From: Podospora anserina
Taxonomy: Eukaryota
Assembly (NCBI GenBank): GCA_017654855.1
Contig: CM030333.1
Location: forward strand, 1,922,001-1,986,000
Direction: 5' to 3'
Length of the DNA stretch: 64,000 bases
Shown here: piece after piece, positions 1 through 11,709 of the stretch
How the letters are laid out: every line of letters begins with the position of its first letter
Position numbering within the stretch: position 1 is the first letter of the stretch
The notes under the pieces: generated by a model
What the model was told of the DNA's origin: nothing
What the model saw: only the letters and a program-made list of their open reading frames with translations
Database searches by the model: none
Program-made: the position numbers and the translations under genes

Positions 1-755
1 TTGTTGTTGGGCTAATAAGGTGGTTAGTCGTAGCTCATGAGGCGCGGCCGGATGCAGTGCGTGCGGCGTGAAGGTTTCCCGAGACTCCGACCCCAACTGG
101 CTGACATGGAAGTCTACCTGTCAAACAGCTTTTCGCACAGTTGGGCTTGAAGACATCGTCAAAGGGCCGAGGTGTTGAGATCGGAGCACACGGGATTCCC
201 CGTCCTTGATGAAACATTGCAACTCCATTCAGGGTGCCTATCCGAGGCTGCCGTAGGTGTCGTCATGTGTGCACATGCGCATCCCACCTCGTTTGTGGCT
301 CTGAATTCCGTCCAGGCTCCAACAGCTTGGATGCAGTCGCCCCGCCAGCCCACAACCAGCAACTTACACTAGGCGAGCTGGGCACCTGCCTGTGGGTGGA
401 AGATCAGTAAATGCCGGCTCCGACCCGAGGAGACAGAAGCTTGGTTGGAGCTAGGACCAACGGCCAAGCCGCCAGCGGGGCCACCGGCAATTCTGACGTT
501 TTCCATTGGTTGAAGACAGTGTGGTCCCGTAGTATCCTTATCGATACGGATAACGATGTCATCTCCCAGTCCAAGTGCTCCCCAAAGAACCGAAGTTCTT
601 CATGGACCCTGAGTGCATGAACGAGTGCTCAAAGCCGCCGACATACACCCACTAGCTTTGGCCATTCCCTCTGTCGACTGTAAACTCGTCTTCGGGTAAC
701 AAGATTTCCCAAAGCCACAGCGCAGCTGGTTAGTCGGCCAGTCGAACATGTCACC

Positions 756-2219
756 ATGTCGAGGTTGTGTTGCCCTGCTCAAGCCTTCGCCTTGCTGAAC
801 ACAACCAGCAAGGTGACCAATATCACCCGATGCAGACTTAAACTTGCAGCCCAACCATGGCGGGACTTTTCCGTCTCAACAAACCGGAGGCAGATTCTTG
901 ACGTCTCAACCTTGAGTAATCGCATTGTCCCTCACTACCAGCAAACGAAGACGGCGTCGCTCCTCGCCTTGCACTGGCCGGAGCCACCACGCAACATCCT
1001 TCTCATGCCCAAGTTGCACGCTCCTCACGTTACCGTCTCGGCCGTCGAATTCGCAAAGCACATCCACAACAATTACCCTGGGCTCAACCTCGTCTTTGAG
1101 AGCCATGTTGCTCACACCATACACAAAGACTTGCCATTCCCCATATATTCGGCCGCTCCTGCTGATGCTACAGCACTGTATGCCGACAAAATCGACCTGG
1201 TTACCACTATGGGTGGTGACGGCACCATCCTACGCGCCGCAAGTCTCTTTTCAAGCCACTTCAGTGTGCCACCAATCCTGGCTTTCAGTATGGGCACCCT
1301 TGGGTTTCTCGGCGAGTGGAAGTTTGACGAATACAAACGAGCTTTTCGAGAATGCTATATGAGCGGTTGCAGCGTCTCAACCGAGGATCTTGGGGATCCT
1401 CATACCCGAACAGCTACCACCAGGGCCATCGATGGTCTGCCAGACCCCGAGGGCTGGGATAGTGTACGGGGGAATGGAAAATGCATGGGCTTGAACCGTA
1501 CCTCCAAGATCCTCCTCCGAAACCGACTACGAGTCGGCATCTACGACAGCGAAGGCCGCAATATCAACGAACACATACTACCTACATCCACAGCTGAACC
1601 ATCCTTGGGTCTCGAGGGCGAACCAGTGTTTACTGCGCAGTCTTCCACGGCTGGTGCAGCAGGAGGTAGGGGCGGCAACTCACCATATTTGCACGCTATC
1701 AACGAAGTCTCGATCGATCGTGGATCGCATCCTCATCTCGCCATCATTGATATATTTGTCAACGGCCATTTCCTTACCGAAGCTGTAGCAGACGGTATCC
1801 TTATTAGCACCCCTACAGGATCGACAGCATACTCTCTCTCGGCCGGCGGCTCGATTGTTCATCCCCTTGTGAAATCCCTTCTTATCACACCTATTAGCCC
1901 GCGAAGCTTGAGTTTCCGCCCTTTGGTCTTGCCACTGCATACCAAAGTGGTGTTGAGACTCAGCAAGCGGAACCGAGGCAGAGAGTTGCCGGTCTCGATC
2001 GATGGGAAACGACGCCTAGGGGTGACGATTGGCATGGAGGTCCGAGTGGAAGGGGAGAAGCTGGAGAGAACCGAGGATGGGTGGAAGGGTGGTGTTCCTT
2101 GCGTGATTAGAGCATCGAACAAAAACGACTCGGAAGGGTTCGGAGAGGACGATGACTCGTGGGTTGGAGGGTTGAATGGGCTGTTGAAGTTCAATTATCC
2201 TTTCGGCTCAGGCTCCTAA
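756..2219 (+). CDS. POS5: Mitochondrial NADH/NAD+ kinase
   Basis: 487-aa ORF with NAD-kinase motifs GGDGT, NE (AINEV), ADGILISTPTGSTAYSLSAGG and SIDG; Arg/Ser/Thr-rich presequence-like N-terminus. Confidence 0.9.
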   Translation: MSRLCCPAQAFALLNTTSKVTNITRCRLKLAAQPWRDFSVSTNRRQILDVSTLSNRIVPHYQQTKTASLLALHWPEPPRNILLMPKLHAPHVTVSAVEFAKHIHNNYPGLNLVFESHVAHTIHKDLPFPIYSAAPADATALYADKIDLVTTMGGDGTILRAASLFSSHFSVPPILAFSMGTLGFLGEWKFDEYKRAFRECYMSGCSVSTEDLGDPHTRTATTRAIDGLPDPEGWDSVRGNGKCMGLNRTSKILLRNRLRVGIYDSEGRNINEHILPTSTAEPSLGLEGEPVFTAQSSTAGAAGGRGGNSPYLHAINEVSIDRGSHPHLAIIDIFVNGHFLTEAVADGILISTPTGSTAYSLSAGGSIVHPLVKSLLITPISPRSLSFRPLVLPLHTKVVLRLSKRNRGRELPVSIDGKRRLGVTIGMEVRVEGEKLERTEDGWKGGVPCVIRASNKNDSEGFGEDDDSWVGGLNGLLKFNYPFGSGS

Positions 2220-2550
2220 CCTTGTTGGAAGGAGCTTAACATTTCGAGGATTGTACGTGTGTATGTTGTACGACAAAAGCGAGCATGTCATTTGGGTAGG
2301 GATAGGGATGGCGAGCGGTATACGGGACCGGGTCGGCGCGCTTTGTATTGTCATTTCCTTTGCATTTATGGGCTTTGCATGGCATTTGATATGAACACTT
2401 TTGATACCCTTCAATGATAATATCTCTACTGTCTACACTCCTTTTTTCTCCTGCACTGGTGCCCATCATTTTCGACACATACCTAGCTCCTCAAAGAGAA
2501 GCTGATCACCCAAATTCCCCAAAAAAATATAAAGGACCAACAAAAGATAT

Positions 2551-2659
2551 CGTCGCCTGCAGGATTCGAACCTACGCTCCCGAGGGAACGCCCTATGCAA
2601 CTGTGTGGATAGAATCCATACTTAGCAGGGGCGCGCGTTAACCACTCCGCCAAAGCGAC
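2551..2659 (-). tRNA. tRNA-Ser(GCT) with a 28-nt intron (2595-2622)
   Basis: Minus strand reads GTCGCTTTGGCGGAGTGGTTAACGCG-CGCCC-CT-GCT-A-[intron]-A-GGGCG, then a long variable arm and GTAGGTTCGAATCCTGC-AGGCGAC-G; acceptor, D, anticodon and T arms all pair. Confidence 0.93.
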
Positions 2660-3095
2660 TTGTTTTCTTGTTGAATGATGAGTCAATCTCGGAATTCATG
2701 AAGGATGGTCCACAGCTGGGGTGGACACCGTCAACGTGGCTGCGTGTAAGTTGTGGTAATGGACAAACAGCCGAAGCGATTGGTAGGGACAATGTCACCA
2801 AATTGTTTGGCAGGCACCCCGCCCCGGCTTATCGCCATTTGGATCCGGAGACTCGCTCCAAGACGAAAAGGCGAGCTTAGTCCAAGTGCGAGGTCGTCAG
2901 GTTAGGCATACGGCACAGCGCCGAATGGTTGGCTTGCCGTTGCATTGGTCATCGCCGGGCGAATTTACCTCCGTCCATCTCCGGCCATGCCCGGCAGGGG
3001 TCCTAACTTATAAGCTGCATCTGCCGCGTTCACGAGATGATGCAAAATAGCACTTCAACTGACAGACAAAAACAAAGTTAAATTCTTTCTTCAAA

Positions 3096-3973
3096 ATGGC
3101 ACCCCCCATAACCCTCAACCGTAACTTCCCCCCCACCCCTAACCACGTCTGGTCCCCCTTCGTCAACAAACTCGAGCTCCGCCTCCGCCTCTCCTCCATC
3201 CCCTACACCATCGCCTCCGGCTCCCTACCCCAATCCCCCAACAGGAAAATACCCTACGTGTCCTACCAGCCCTCCCCAAACCACACCCCCGAACTCCTAG
3301 GCGACTCAACCCTTATCACTAAGCGGCTCATATCCGACCACCTCCTCCCCGACCTCAACTCTGCCCTTTCCCCGGCAGAAAAAGCCCTTGACCTGTCCAT
3401 TAGAGCACTACTGGAAGATAAACTCCAGTTCTTCAACACCCGCGAGCAATGGGTCGACAACTACTACCCCATGAGAGAAGGAATTCTCGGTCAGGGAGGA
3501 GCGGGTCTGCCATGGGTGATGCAATGGCTTATAGGGGGGAAGATTTACAAGGATATCATCCGGACGCTCTATGGGCAGGGGACAGGGAGGTACTCTTCTG
3601 ACGAGGTGAGGGTATTGAAGGAGGAGGTGTGGGAAGCTATAAATGCTTTTGTTGTGGAGGGGAGGAATAAAACTCTAGCCCGGAGGAGGGGGAATGGGGA
3701 TAATGGTGACGATAAGCCGTTTTGGGTCTTGGGAGGGGAGGGGCCCACGGAAGCGGATTGCACTTTGTATGGCATGGTTGCGGGGAGGTTGATGTGTAGC
3801 AGGTGAGTTTCGCTCTGTGTCATTGAACTGGATGGATATGGCTGACGGCAATATGCAGCGCTGCTCCTGAGACGGGGAGGTTGGTGAGGGGTTATCCCGC
3901 GTTGGTGGAGTACGCGAGGAGGATTCATGATCGATACTTTGAGGAGTATGATCTTTGGGAGGAGGAAATCTAG
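3096..3973 (+). CDS. GST/metaxin (FAX)-like protein, 2 exons (intron 3803-3858)
   Basis: Motifs WSPFVNKLELRLR, KIPYV, GDSTLI and GPTEAD; GTGAGT...GCTGAC...CAG intron restores the typical C-terminus YPALVEYARRIHDRYF. Confidence 0.8.
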
Positions 3974-4308
3974 GTTTGCCAGATACAATGAGGGTAAAAG
4001 GAGAATATATGGTAATGGAGTTGGAAAAAGAAGCAAAAGTGGATGCCCAATAACAGGATTGAACTGTTGACCTTCGCATTACTTGGTACTGTTTCCAGTA
4101 TTAGTACGACGCTCTAACCAGCTGAGCTAATCGGGCTACTGATTTGAGATGTTTTCTTTGAGGAAAATAGCGCACATGAGCAATACTCGACACAGGAGCC
4201 GCATACAACGCATATAACACGTTTTCGTTAGGGTTGCCAACACACATGACCGTCTCATGTAACTTGGGATGCAAATAAACATACAGATTTTGTCTTGCAG
4301 TGACCCTC

Positions 4309-5637
4309 CTATAGGTCTGCATCAAGAGCAATAACGTTGGCCGAGACAAATCCCGTAACAAACAACCGCGCCTTGCTCTTGCCGAGAGAGATGAGGACAG
4401 CAGCACTTGCGCTCCTGATCCTGCTGCTGTCATCCTCAAAGATCACCCTTGTCTCCCACTGCTGCGCCTTCACACCTGCTGAAGGCTTGGTATAGAAGAC
4501 TTTGACAGGATCCTTGCCAGCTGGGTCTCTGGAAGTCTCGGCGAGAGTGGCAGCCTTTGAGATGCCTGGCAACAAGAAACCACTGCGGTCATCCGAGGGG
4601 CCTGTGGCGAGAGGGTCCTTGAAGTAGCTGGGGTTGTCGACAACAGAGTCAACCTCGAGCGTGTCCAAAATGGTAATGTTGTAGTTTGAGCTACCCTTGG
4701 GTGGGAGCTGAGCAATGTGAAGGGTGCCACTAGCTGCTTGTGCGATCAAGATCTCGTCTTCGGTCCGGCCGTGGCCAAGACCGTTGTTGTTGTGAACTCC
4801 GGCGAGGGCTACACTGGCACTCAGACCAGCGTCTGATGTCTTGACTGGGCTCAAGGAATCGAGCTTGATATGCACAGTGTCTGTCCACTTGGCTCCGTAA
4901 TAGACATCCTCCAACATGCGCATGATGCTATGGCCGGTGTAGTAATGATCGTTCGTGGCATAGACAGAAGTCGGGCTGGTGGCATAGACATCATTTGGCG
5001 TCCGGATCAGAGGGTGCCAAACAGATCGGATATGTCTGATCGTGTTGGTGCCGATCTTGTGGTGGAAGAGTTCGATTTGGGACCTTGCCTTTGCCTCTTC
5101 GCCTTCCGCGGTAGGGGTGGGGTCAGGAAGGTGGTTGATGGCAAAAATGTAGACGGCCTGACCAGTGGGCAATTCGGGGTCGTCGATTACATCAATGCCG
5201 TGGGTGATGAAAGCACCGTCGAAGTTTTCGAACTTGAGCCGTCGTGATTCAAGACCCTACATAAGGACGGTCAGTTGTGTTGTGACAAGTTGTTTGAGGT
5301 TGGAGCTCACCTTGGGATCAATCACATGGATGGAACCTCTACTCTCGGCGGCCAGCTTAGGATTATCCAAGTTTCCAAGCGGGGGAAACCACTGAAACCG
5401 CGTACTAGGATCATCTTCGCAGGCTGTGAAGAGGAGACCGCTCGGAACATGATGGTGAAGATCCTCGCAATGCGTTGTGTCAGGAATAGAGGTCACTTGC
5501 TGCGTGGTGCCTATGTCACCCGCAGGATAGCTTCGGAAAACGCCCAGAACAGTCACTGCACGTTGAATCAGAGGGCCTAGGGCGTAGAACTGGTAAGCGA
5601 GCAGAGCCGCAATGATAGAGTATACCGCCGACCTCAT
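4309..5637 (-). CDS. Secreted paraoxonase/arylesterase-like beta-propeller protein (intron 5257-5310)
   Basis: Signal anchor, HCEDL, FITHGIDV, INH, PNDV, YATNDH, NNGL and VDNPS motifs; two ORFs are joined in frame by a GTGAG...CTGAC...TAG intron. Confidence 0.82.
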
Positions 5638-6402
5638 TGTGCCGGATTGTCAAGAAACATGAGGTTGAAGAAGAGAAAGAGACCTTTCTTCCAAGCGATT
5701 CTTGATGTTGGGCACGTCCAGTACTTCTGGCGTCATTCCACTGCCTCGGCATCATCCATGTCCACGCGGGGTAGGTCACCGAACATCTTTGTTGGCGACT
5801 CGCAGTTGTCGGGGAACCATTTCCGGATTTTGACGAATTAAGGTCGCCATTGTCCGTTTACTTCAACGAGGGACCCAAAAGTCAACAAACTGGAAAGCGA
5901 ATCGTGGCACCTGGAAGCGAGACCCAGACTCCTCGATTGCGGGGTAGTGGAACAAGATGATGATGGCTTATGTAGAATGTTAGCGCACGGGTATGCAGTC
6001 AATATCTGTAGTGTACGGTTAGACTCCAACGACATGTGTGTGCCTCACAAAGGTCATACAATACAAGACTGGGTATCCAGAATCGTGATGATTAGGCAAA
6101 TGCCTTCTTTTTTTGGTTCAATCCTTTGGAATACCACCAATACTCGGAGCTTATGGATCAGTCAGGGACAACATGTGGTGGCCTAAGGATCCCTGTACTC
6201 ACCCCTCCACCCACCGAAGCTGCCCCACCTCAGAGGCTTGGTCTTGGCAGTCGCCCCGCGTTGGTTGCCTGACATTCATTCACCACCATATCAGTTCCTC
6301 TGTTGGTGCCTCGCAGGAAAACAAATGGAACATCTCTATCAGCATCGCCTCACGGATACGCCGCCAGTTCTCCTTCCTACTTGAGCTCGATCTTCACGCT
6401 AC

Positions 6403-7371
6403 ATGGCAGACAAAATTTCTGACACCGAGGCCCCCTCGGGGATAACAGCCTCGCGTCTTTTGGACCAACTCGAGTCGCCCCTGTTTGGCAAGCTACCTGC
6501 CGAGTTGCGAGCTGTCATCTATACCGAGATCTTTGGCGGTCAACGCATCCATCTAAATTTCACAACTCACCCCATTCGCGCTGACAGGGTAGGTCTCAGG
6601 AAGCGCTGGCGCCACGCCATCTGTGAGCAGCCAGTTGCTGGCCCCTTCAGCGAGGTTACATCACGCCAGCATCACTGCTTTCTTGCCAGTCGCCGACGAG
6701 TGCTGGATATCAACCTTCTCTTCACTTGCCAGCGAGTGTAAGTCTTTGCTGTACAAACTCTGGGTCAGGTAAGCTAAACTGCATGTAGATTTGAAGAAGG
6801 GATTCCCATACTGTATCAGTCCAATACCTTTCACATCGTCAACATTGGCACCGAGAGGCTTCCGTCAGATGATCTGCGGAGCCTTCAAGTAAAAATACCC
6901 AAGAATTGGGGGCTCATCAGATCCTTGGAGTTCAAATGGGAAGTCAACATTTTTGATCGGAACCACCCCAGGTTTGTTCCGCATCACTGGGGGCGTGATG
7001 GCTACGAAGCATTCTGGGACGGTCTCGCCGATATGCCGTTACTGTCTCAGCTGCGTATTTCCATCATCATGCCGCAAATCCTCATGCTCGCGTCGCCTGA
7101 GGAGCTTCGAAAGCTTTATTTTGAGCCTATAACGCGCCTCAAGCATTTACGGATATGTGAAGTGATCCTACCGAGATCGTACAGCTCGCATTTTGGCATG
7201 AGCCCGGAGGATCAGCGCCTTCCTATTGATGGAGATGGCGATTACCGCATCAGCTGGGCCACTGTTGATGATGGACGTCCACTGGCTGCTGCAGCTGCCA
7301 ACCCTGCGTCCATTCAACTCCTGCGAACAGCTACTTCCCACACACTGTCAGCGCCTCCAGGCTGGTCATAA
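6403..7371 (+). CDS. Fungal hypothetical protein with an F-box-like N-terminal motif (intron 6738-6788)
   Basis: QLESPLFGKLPAELRAVIY, plus spliced LLFTCQRVFEEGIPILYQSNTF, both typical of this widespread fungal family. Confidence 0.7.
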
Positions 7372-8172
7372 GGATTCATCTCTGGTTTATTTGAACGGAA
7401 ACTGCCGAGACCACTTCAAGACTATATATGCACTGGGGTTCCCGGTGGACACTCCATAATCCAATCACCATCTGCTTGGGCAAACCATGATGCATCCATC
7501 ATGGACTGATGTGCAAACTTCGGTGGCTCAGCCGCAACGACCCAGTCTTAGTGGAGGGTTGGAAGGAATGTGCCGCAAAAGCCACTCATCACCTTCTTTA
7601 CACGGCCCAGCCTAGACATATCCCGAAGCCGACTCCCGAATCTGGTCTGGAGGAGACTTATAGAGTACTAAGGAAATATCGAACCGATGCCAGAGAGCAC
7701 AATGACACAAAATCCGGAAGTAATGCAGCTGTGATCTTACCCTGGTCCTACTCTGTCTTACAGGATGATACATAATACTCGTGTGGTTGCGATGCTGCTC
7801 AGCCTTATCGCCAGCCGATGTAACCTCAACACTCGGGCATGCTCTGAATAGGGCAAGCTCATTTACCGAACGCTTTTCTGCAGCTCCCCGGTCTCATTAT
7901 GAGTGGCTGAAAATACGTCTGCATCCCGAGTCCCTGCAGAATGTGGACAACCCGGACCCAGCCTCATTGGCCTGGCACGTCTGGGCTGTGTCCAAGACAG
8001 CGGCAGCCCTGGTGCTGACTGCACAGTACGGTCTGGGCATGTTGAGGATGGTTAGCTGAGACAAAGCTAGAGTCTCTAGTAGGCATGTTTCTTCGTTCCA
8101 TAAATACTGCGCCGTCACCATGGCTGGCCGGTCCATCATATCTCTTCACCCTCTACTCAACTACCAGTCAAC

Positions 8173-10484
8173 ATGTCACGAAACTTGGCAGAAAGCATCC
8201 CCTTAGTGAACAGGCTTTTTGCCTTGCTCGAGAGCTATTGGCAACAGCAACTGGACCCGGCTCTCCCCACACCACCAGCTGAGATCAAGGCCATCGTCCC
8301 AACCCAGCAATCGATTCTCAAACACCTCTCAGAGAGAGAATATCTGAAGCAGTTAGCACCGAAGTCTGTCAAGGATGCCTCGTTGTTGTCATTTGACCCA
8401 GGTGTTTTTGACAATGAACTCCTGAAGTTGAAGCTTTACTCTACTGTCGACCCTAAGGATCCCTCCCACGCCAAGGAGCCCGAAGGCGACATCGTAGAGG
8501 GCACTTACATGGGGACTCAGATTGCTCTAACCCAAGCATACGCCAAAATCGAACAAACGTGAGTCTCTCCTCAAACGAGAATGTCCGACAGATACTCACA
8601 TCATGTCCTAGATTTTCTGCGCTGTTCGATGTTCTAGGCATTGAGCCAACACTGCCTCGGTATATCCCCCTCGAGGAGCAGAAGAAGCTCTACAACTACT
8701 CGGCGTACCCCAAGAATGCGGATGGAACGCCTGCGCAGTATCCTCCCCACCTTCAGACGATCCCTCCGGAGCACAGTTACACACCTTTTGGTATCTTCAA
8801 CGCGATTGGGCTCATTGAGACTCAAGTCATTCTCAAGAAGATCACACCAACAGAGGATGGTCTGGTTGGCAAGACGAAAGAGTGGCTGCTTGAGAAGGCC
8901 AGGGCAGCAGCCTTTGGAGGCGATCCTGAGAAGGGGATCAAAATCCAGGACGTTGTTGACTACAACAAATACCACCGCAAATTCGGCACTGACATCAGCA
9001 ACGGCGGAAATATCGGTCTTTTAGACGACTGGTACAGCGATCGTCGGTTTGCTGATCAGCAGTTCACTGGAGTCAACCCTACCACCATTACCAAAGCCTC
9101 GCCAGCATGGATTGCCGACTTCACCAAGGCGGCCAAGGATGGTGGGTACAACAAATGGCTAGACTTCTTCGCCAAGGTGGACAAGTCTTCCCTATTTGTG
9201 CAGGACGGCAGTTACTTTCGCAAGGCTTTTGGCATCTCAAATCCAGAACAGGTGCTCCATCATAAACAGCCTGGAAGCGATGACAACTGGTGTGTCGGGG
9301 CAGTGACCCTGTTCCAACTTCATGATGACGGCAAGCTGCACCCCATCGCCATCTGCCTTGACCATAAGGGTTCGATGGAGAAGTCCACCACCATCTTCAA
9401 CAAACGCATGACACCATACGACTCAACCGCCGGTGAGAAGGAGGATTGGCCATGGCGATATGCCAAAACAGCCTCTCAGGTTACCGACTGGATGCGCCAT
9501 GAGCTTGCCGTGCATCTTACGTTGTCTCATCTTGTCGAAGAGTCGATCATCGTCGCCATCAACCGAACCATTCCGATGGATCATCCCCTGTACCGTTTGT
9601 TATTGCCTCACTGGTACAAGACCCTCTCCCTCAATGCTGCTGCTCGTGCCAGTCTTGTACCCCAGGTAGTAGCGGACATCGTCGGCGTGACTCCAGACCA
9701 AGCCTACAGTTTCATCCGCGACGCCTACGACACATACGATTTCGTTGGCAGCTATGTTCCCAACGATCTCAACCGGCGTGGCTTTCCCAACACACAAGAG
9801 GGACTCAACCACACTCGCTACAAAAACTACCCCTATGCCAAGAACATGCTTGCTCTCTGGCACGTTCTGAGAAACTACGTCAACTCCATGCTCAGAATCT
9901 CGTTCCCCACGGATGAGAGCATCGCAAATGACAAGTACATCCAGGACTTTGTTAAAGAAGTCAAAACAGCCGGCTTCATGCCCTCTTTCCCGGAGCTCAA
10001 GACGCTCGATGCCCTTGTCGACGCTGTCACCATGTGCATTCATATCGCCTCCCCTTACCACAGCGCTGTCAACTACCTGCAGAACTTCTACCAGGTCTTT
10101 GTTGTCTCCAAGCCCCCATGCTTGTGTAAGGAGCCCCCGACCACAATTGGGCAGCTCCGCCAGTTCAACGAGTCGGACTTGGTGGCTTCACTTCCTATCA
10201 ACAGACAACGACAGTGGCTTCTGGCTGCACAACTGCCTTGGCTGTTGAGCTTCAAGGTGGATGATGAGAGGAGCTTGCTCAATTATGCGGCCAGCCAGTG
10301 GAATGTGTACCGGTACAAAAAGGGGGCGAATGAGCTGAAAGTTAAGGAGGCGAGCCAGAGGCTGTATGAAGACTTGCAGGGACTGCAGAGGGTCTTTTTT
10401 CACAACAGCACGGGAATGGATAAGGGGAGTATTCCGTATATGGTATTGGATCCGGGGTTGACGGCTGTTTCTATTCTTATCTAG
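8173..10484 (+). CDS. Lipoxygenase, probably non-secreted Fe type (intron 8559-8611)
   Basis: WRYAK, His-ligand motif HELAVHLTLSHL, HSAVN and C-terminal AVSILI with the terminal Ile ligand; no signal peptide. Confidence 0.92.
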
Positions 10485-10696
10485 TGTCAAACTGTGGGTT
10501 GAGAGGGGGGATATTCCGCAGACTGTTGTAGGATGTTGGGTTATTTATGATGAGTGAAAGGAGCTACCAGGCACAAATAATACGATAATTATCTCTCGTT
10601 CATCTCAACCTTTCCATCAATGCAGTTCAACTTAACCCCACCAAGCCACCTGACCCTGACCCACCTGACCCTCCACACTTTGTTTGATCCCTGCAT

Positions 10697-10754
10697 GAGC
10701 GATAAGATAAGCCCCATCTCTCTCCAAGGGTCCACCAAAAATTATTCCCATCGC
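10697..10754. promoter_or_regulatory. Possible ribosome-biogenesis (PAC/RRPE-like) promoter motifs
   Basis: GAGCGATAAGATAAG, AAAAATT and CCCATCGC lie just upstream of the Alb1-like gene; a similar AATTTTTTTGAAAA tract lies upstream of ARB1 at about 25402. Confidence 0.3.
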
Positions 10755-10818
10755 AACCTTGACGGCCACCTTCACCCTCCACCCTCACAAATCCCATTCA
10801 ACCCTCCCAACAGCAACC

Positions 10819-11219
10819 ATGCCCTCCGTCAAAAACCCCAACAAGCCCTCCAAGAACAGGCTCGCCGCCAAGGCCGCCAAAGCCCGGAAAGAGGCGCAAA
10901 AGTCCTCCGCCGCTGGCCGCCTGTCCAAAATCGAGAAGACTGACGCAAACAGATTTGGCGCCCGCCCGGGGTTGATGCCTACGAGCGGCCCGAGAAAGCC
11001 GGTGAGCGCCAAGAAGCAGAGGAAGTTGGAGAAGAAGATGGGGTATGCGCTTAAGAGGAAGATGGAGAGGGAGGGGGAGGTGGAGATGAAGGGTATGTGA
11101 CCTGGAGATATTGGGGGGGTACAGGGAGAGGGTTTGCTGACTGGAATATAGATGCGGTTGTGGTTGAGAAAAAGGCTGAGGGTGGTGAGAAGGAGGAGGT
11201 TGAGATGGATATCTCATGA
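10819..11219 (+). CDS. Small basic ribosome-biogenesis protein, Alb1-like (intron 11093-11151)
   Basis: MPSVKNPNKPSKNRL start, Lys/Arg-rich body, SAKKQRKLEKKMGYALKRK and acidic EVEM repeats at the C-terminus. Confidence 0.7.
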
Positions 11220-11709
11220 GTGGGCTGAAAGGGGACGATTGGGGGACGAAACATTGATGATACCCTTTGGTGGAATTTACCGCTGAGCGACAAAATCATG
11301 GACCATTGACTGTGGTTGATGGGATATGTCTTGGGACGCCAACTTAAGAGAGCTGCATCGGGCCTTGGAATTCCGGTATGGGGAACTTGGTGGGAGATCT
11401 GGACCATGCCCGCTTTCCCAGGGACACGCTCACACGGGGAACCAGGTGAGAAATGTCTTTCTCATTGTTGGACTGGAATGGTCCTGGAAGACCTGTTCTG
11501 GCACTACTAAACAGTGCGTTGGTCATGTTTGCGGGTTTCACAAATGATTAGATACCAACAGTGAAGCAACGCGTCATGGTGGTCTAAAAAGAGAATCTTG
11601 ATCGAGATCTTCGTCATTCGCAGATCAAAGTACTCAACATGGATTTCACGACTTGCCGTTTGTTCAATCCACCTCAGACAATCGTTAGGTCCTCCTTCTC
11701 TGTGAACCA

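Noticed and set aside
1-400. 5' exons of a minus-strand gene running off the left edge
   Set aside because: Some splice-like signals are present, but the frame and product cannot be established within the window.
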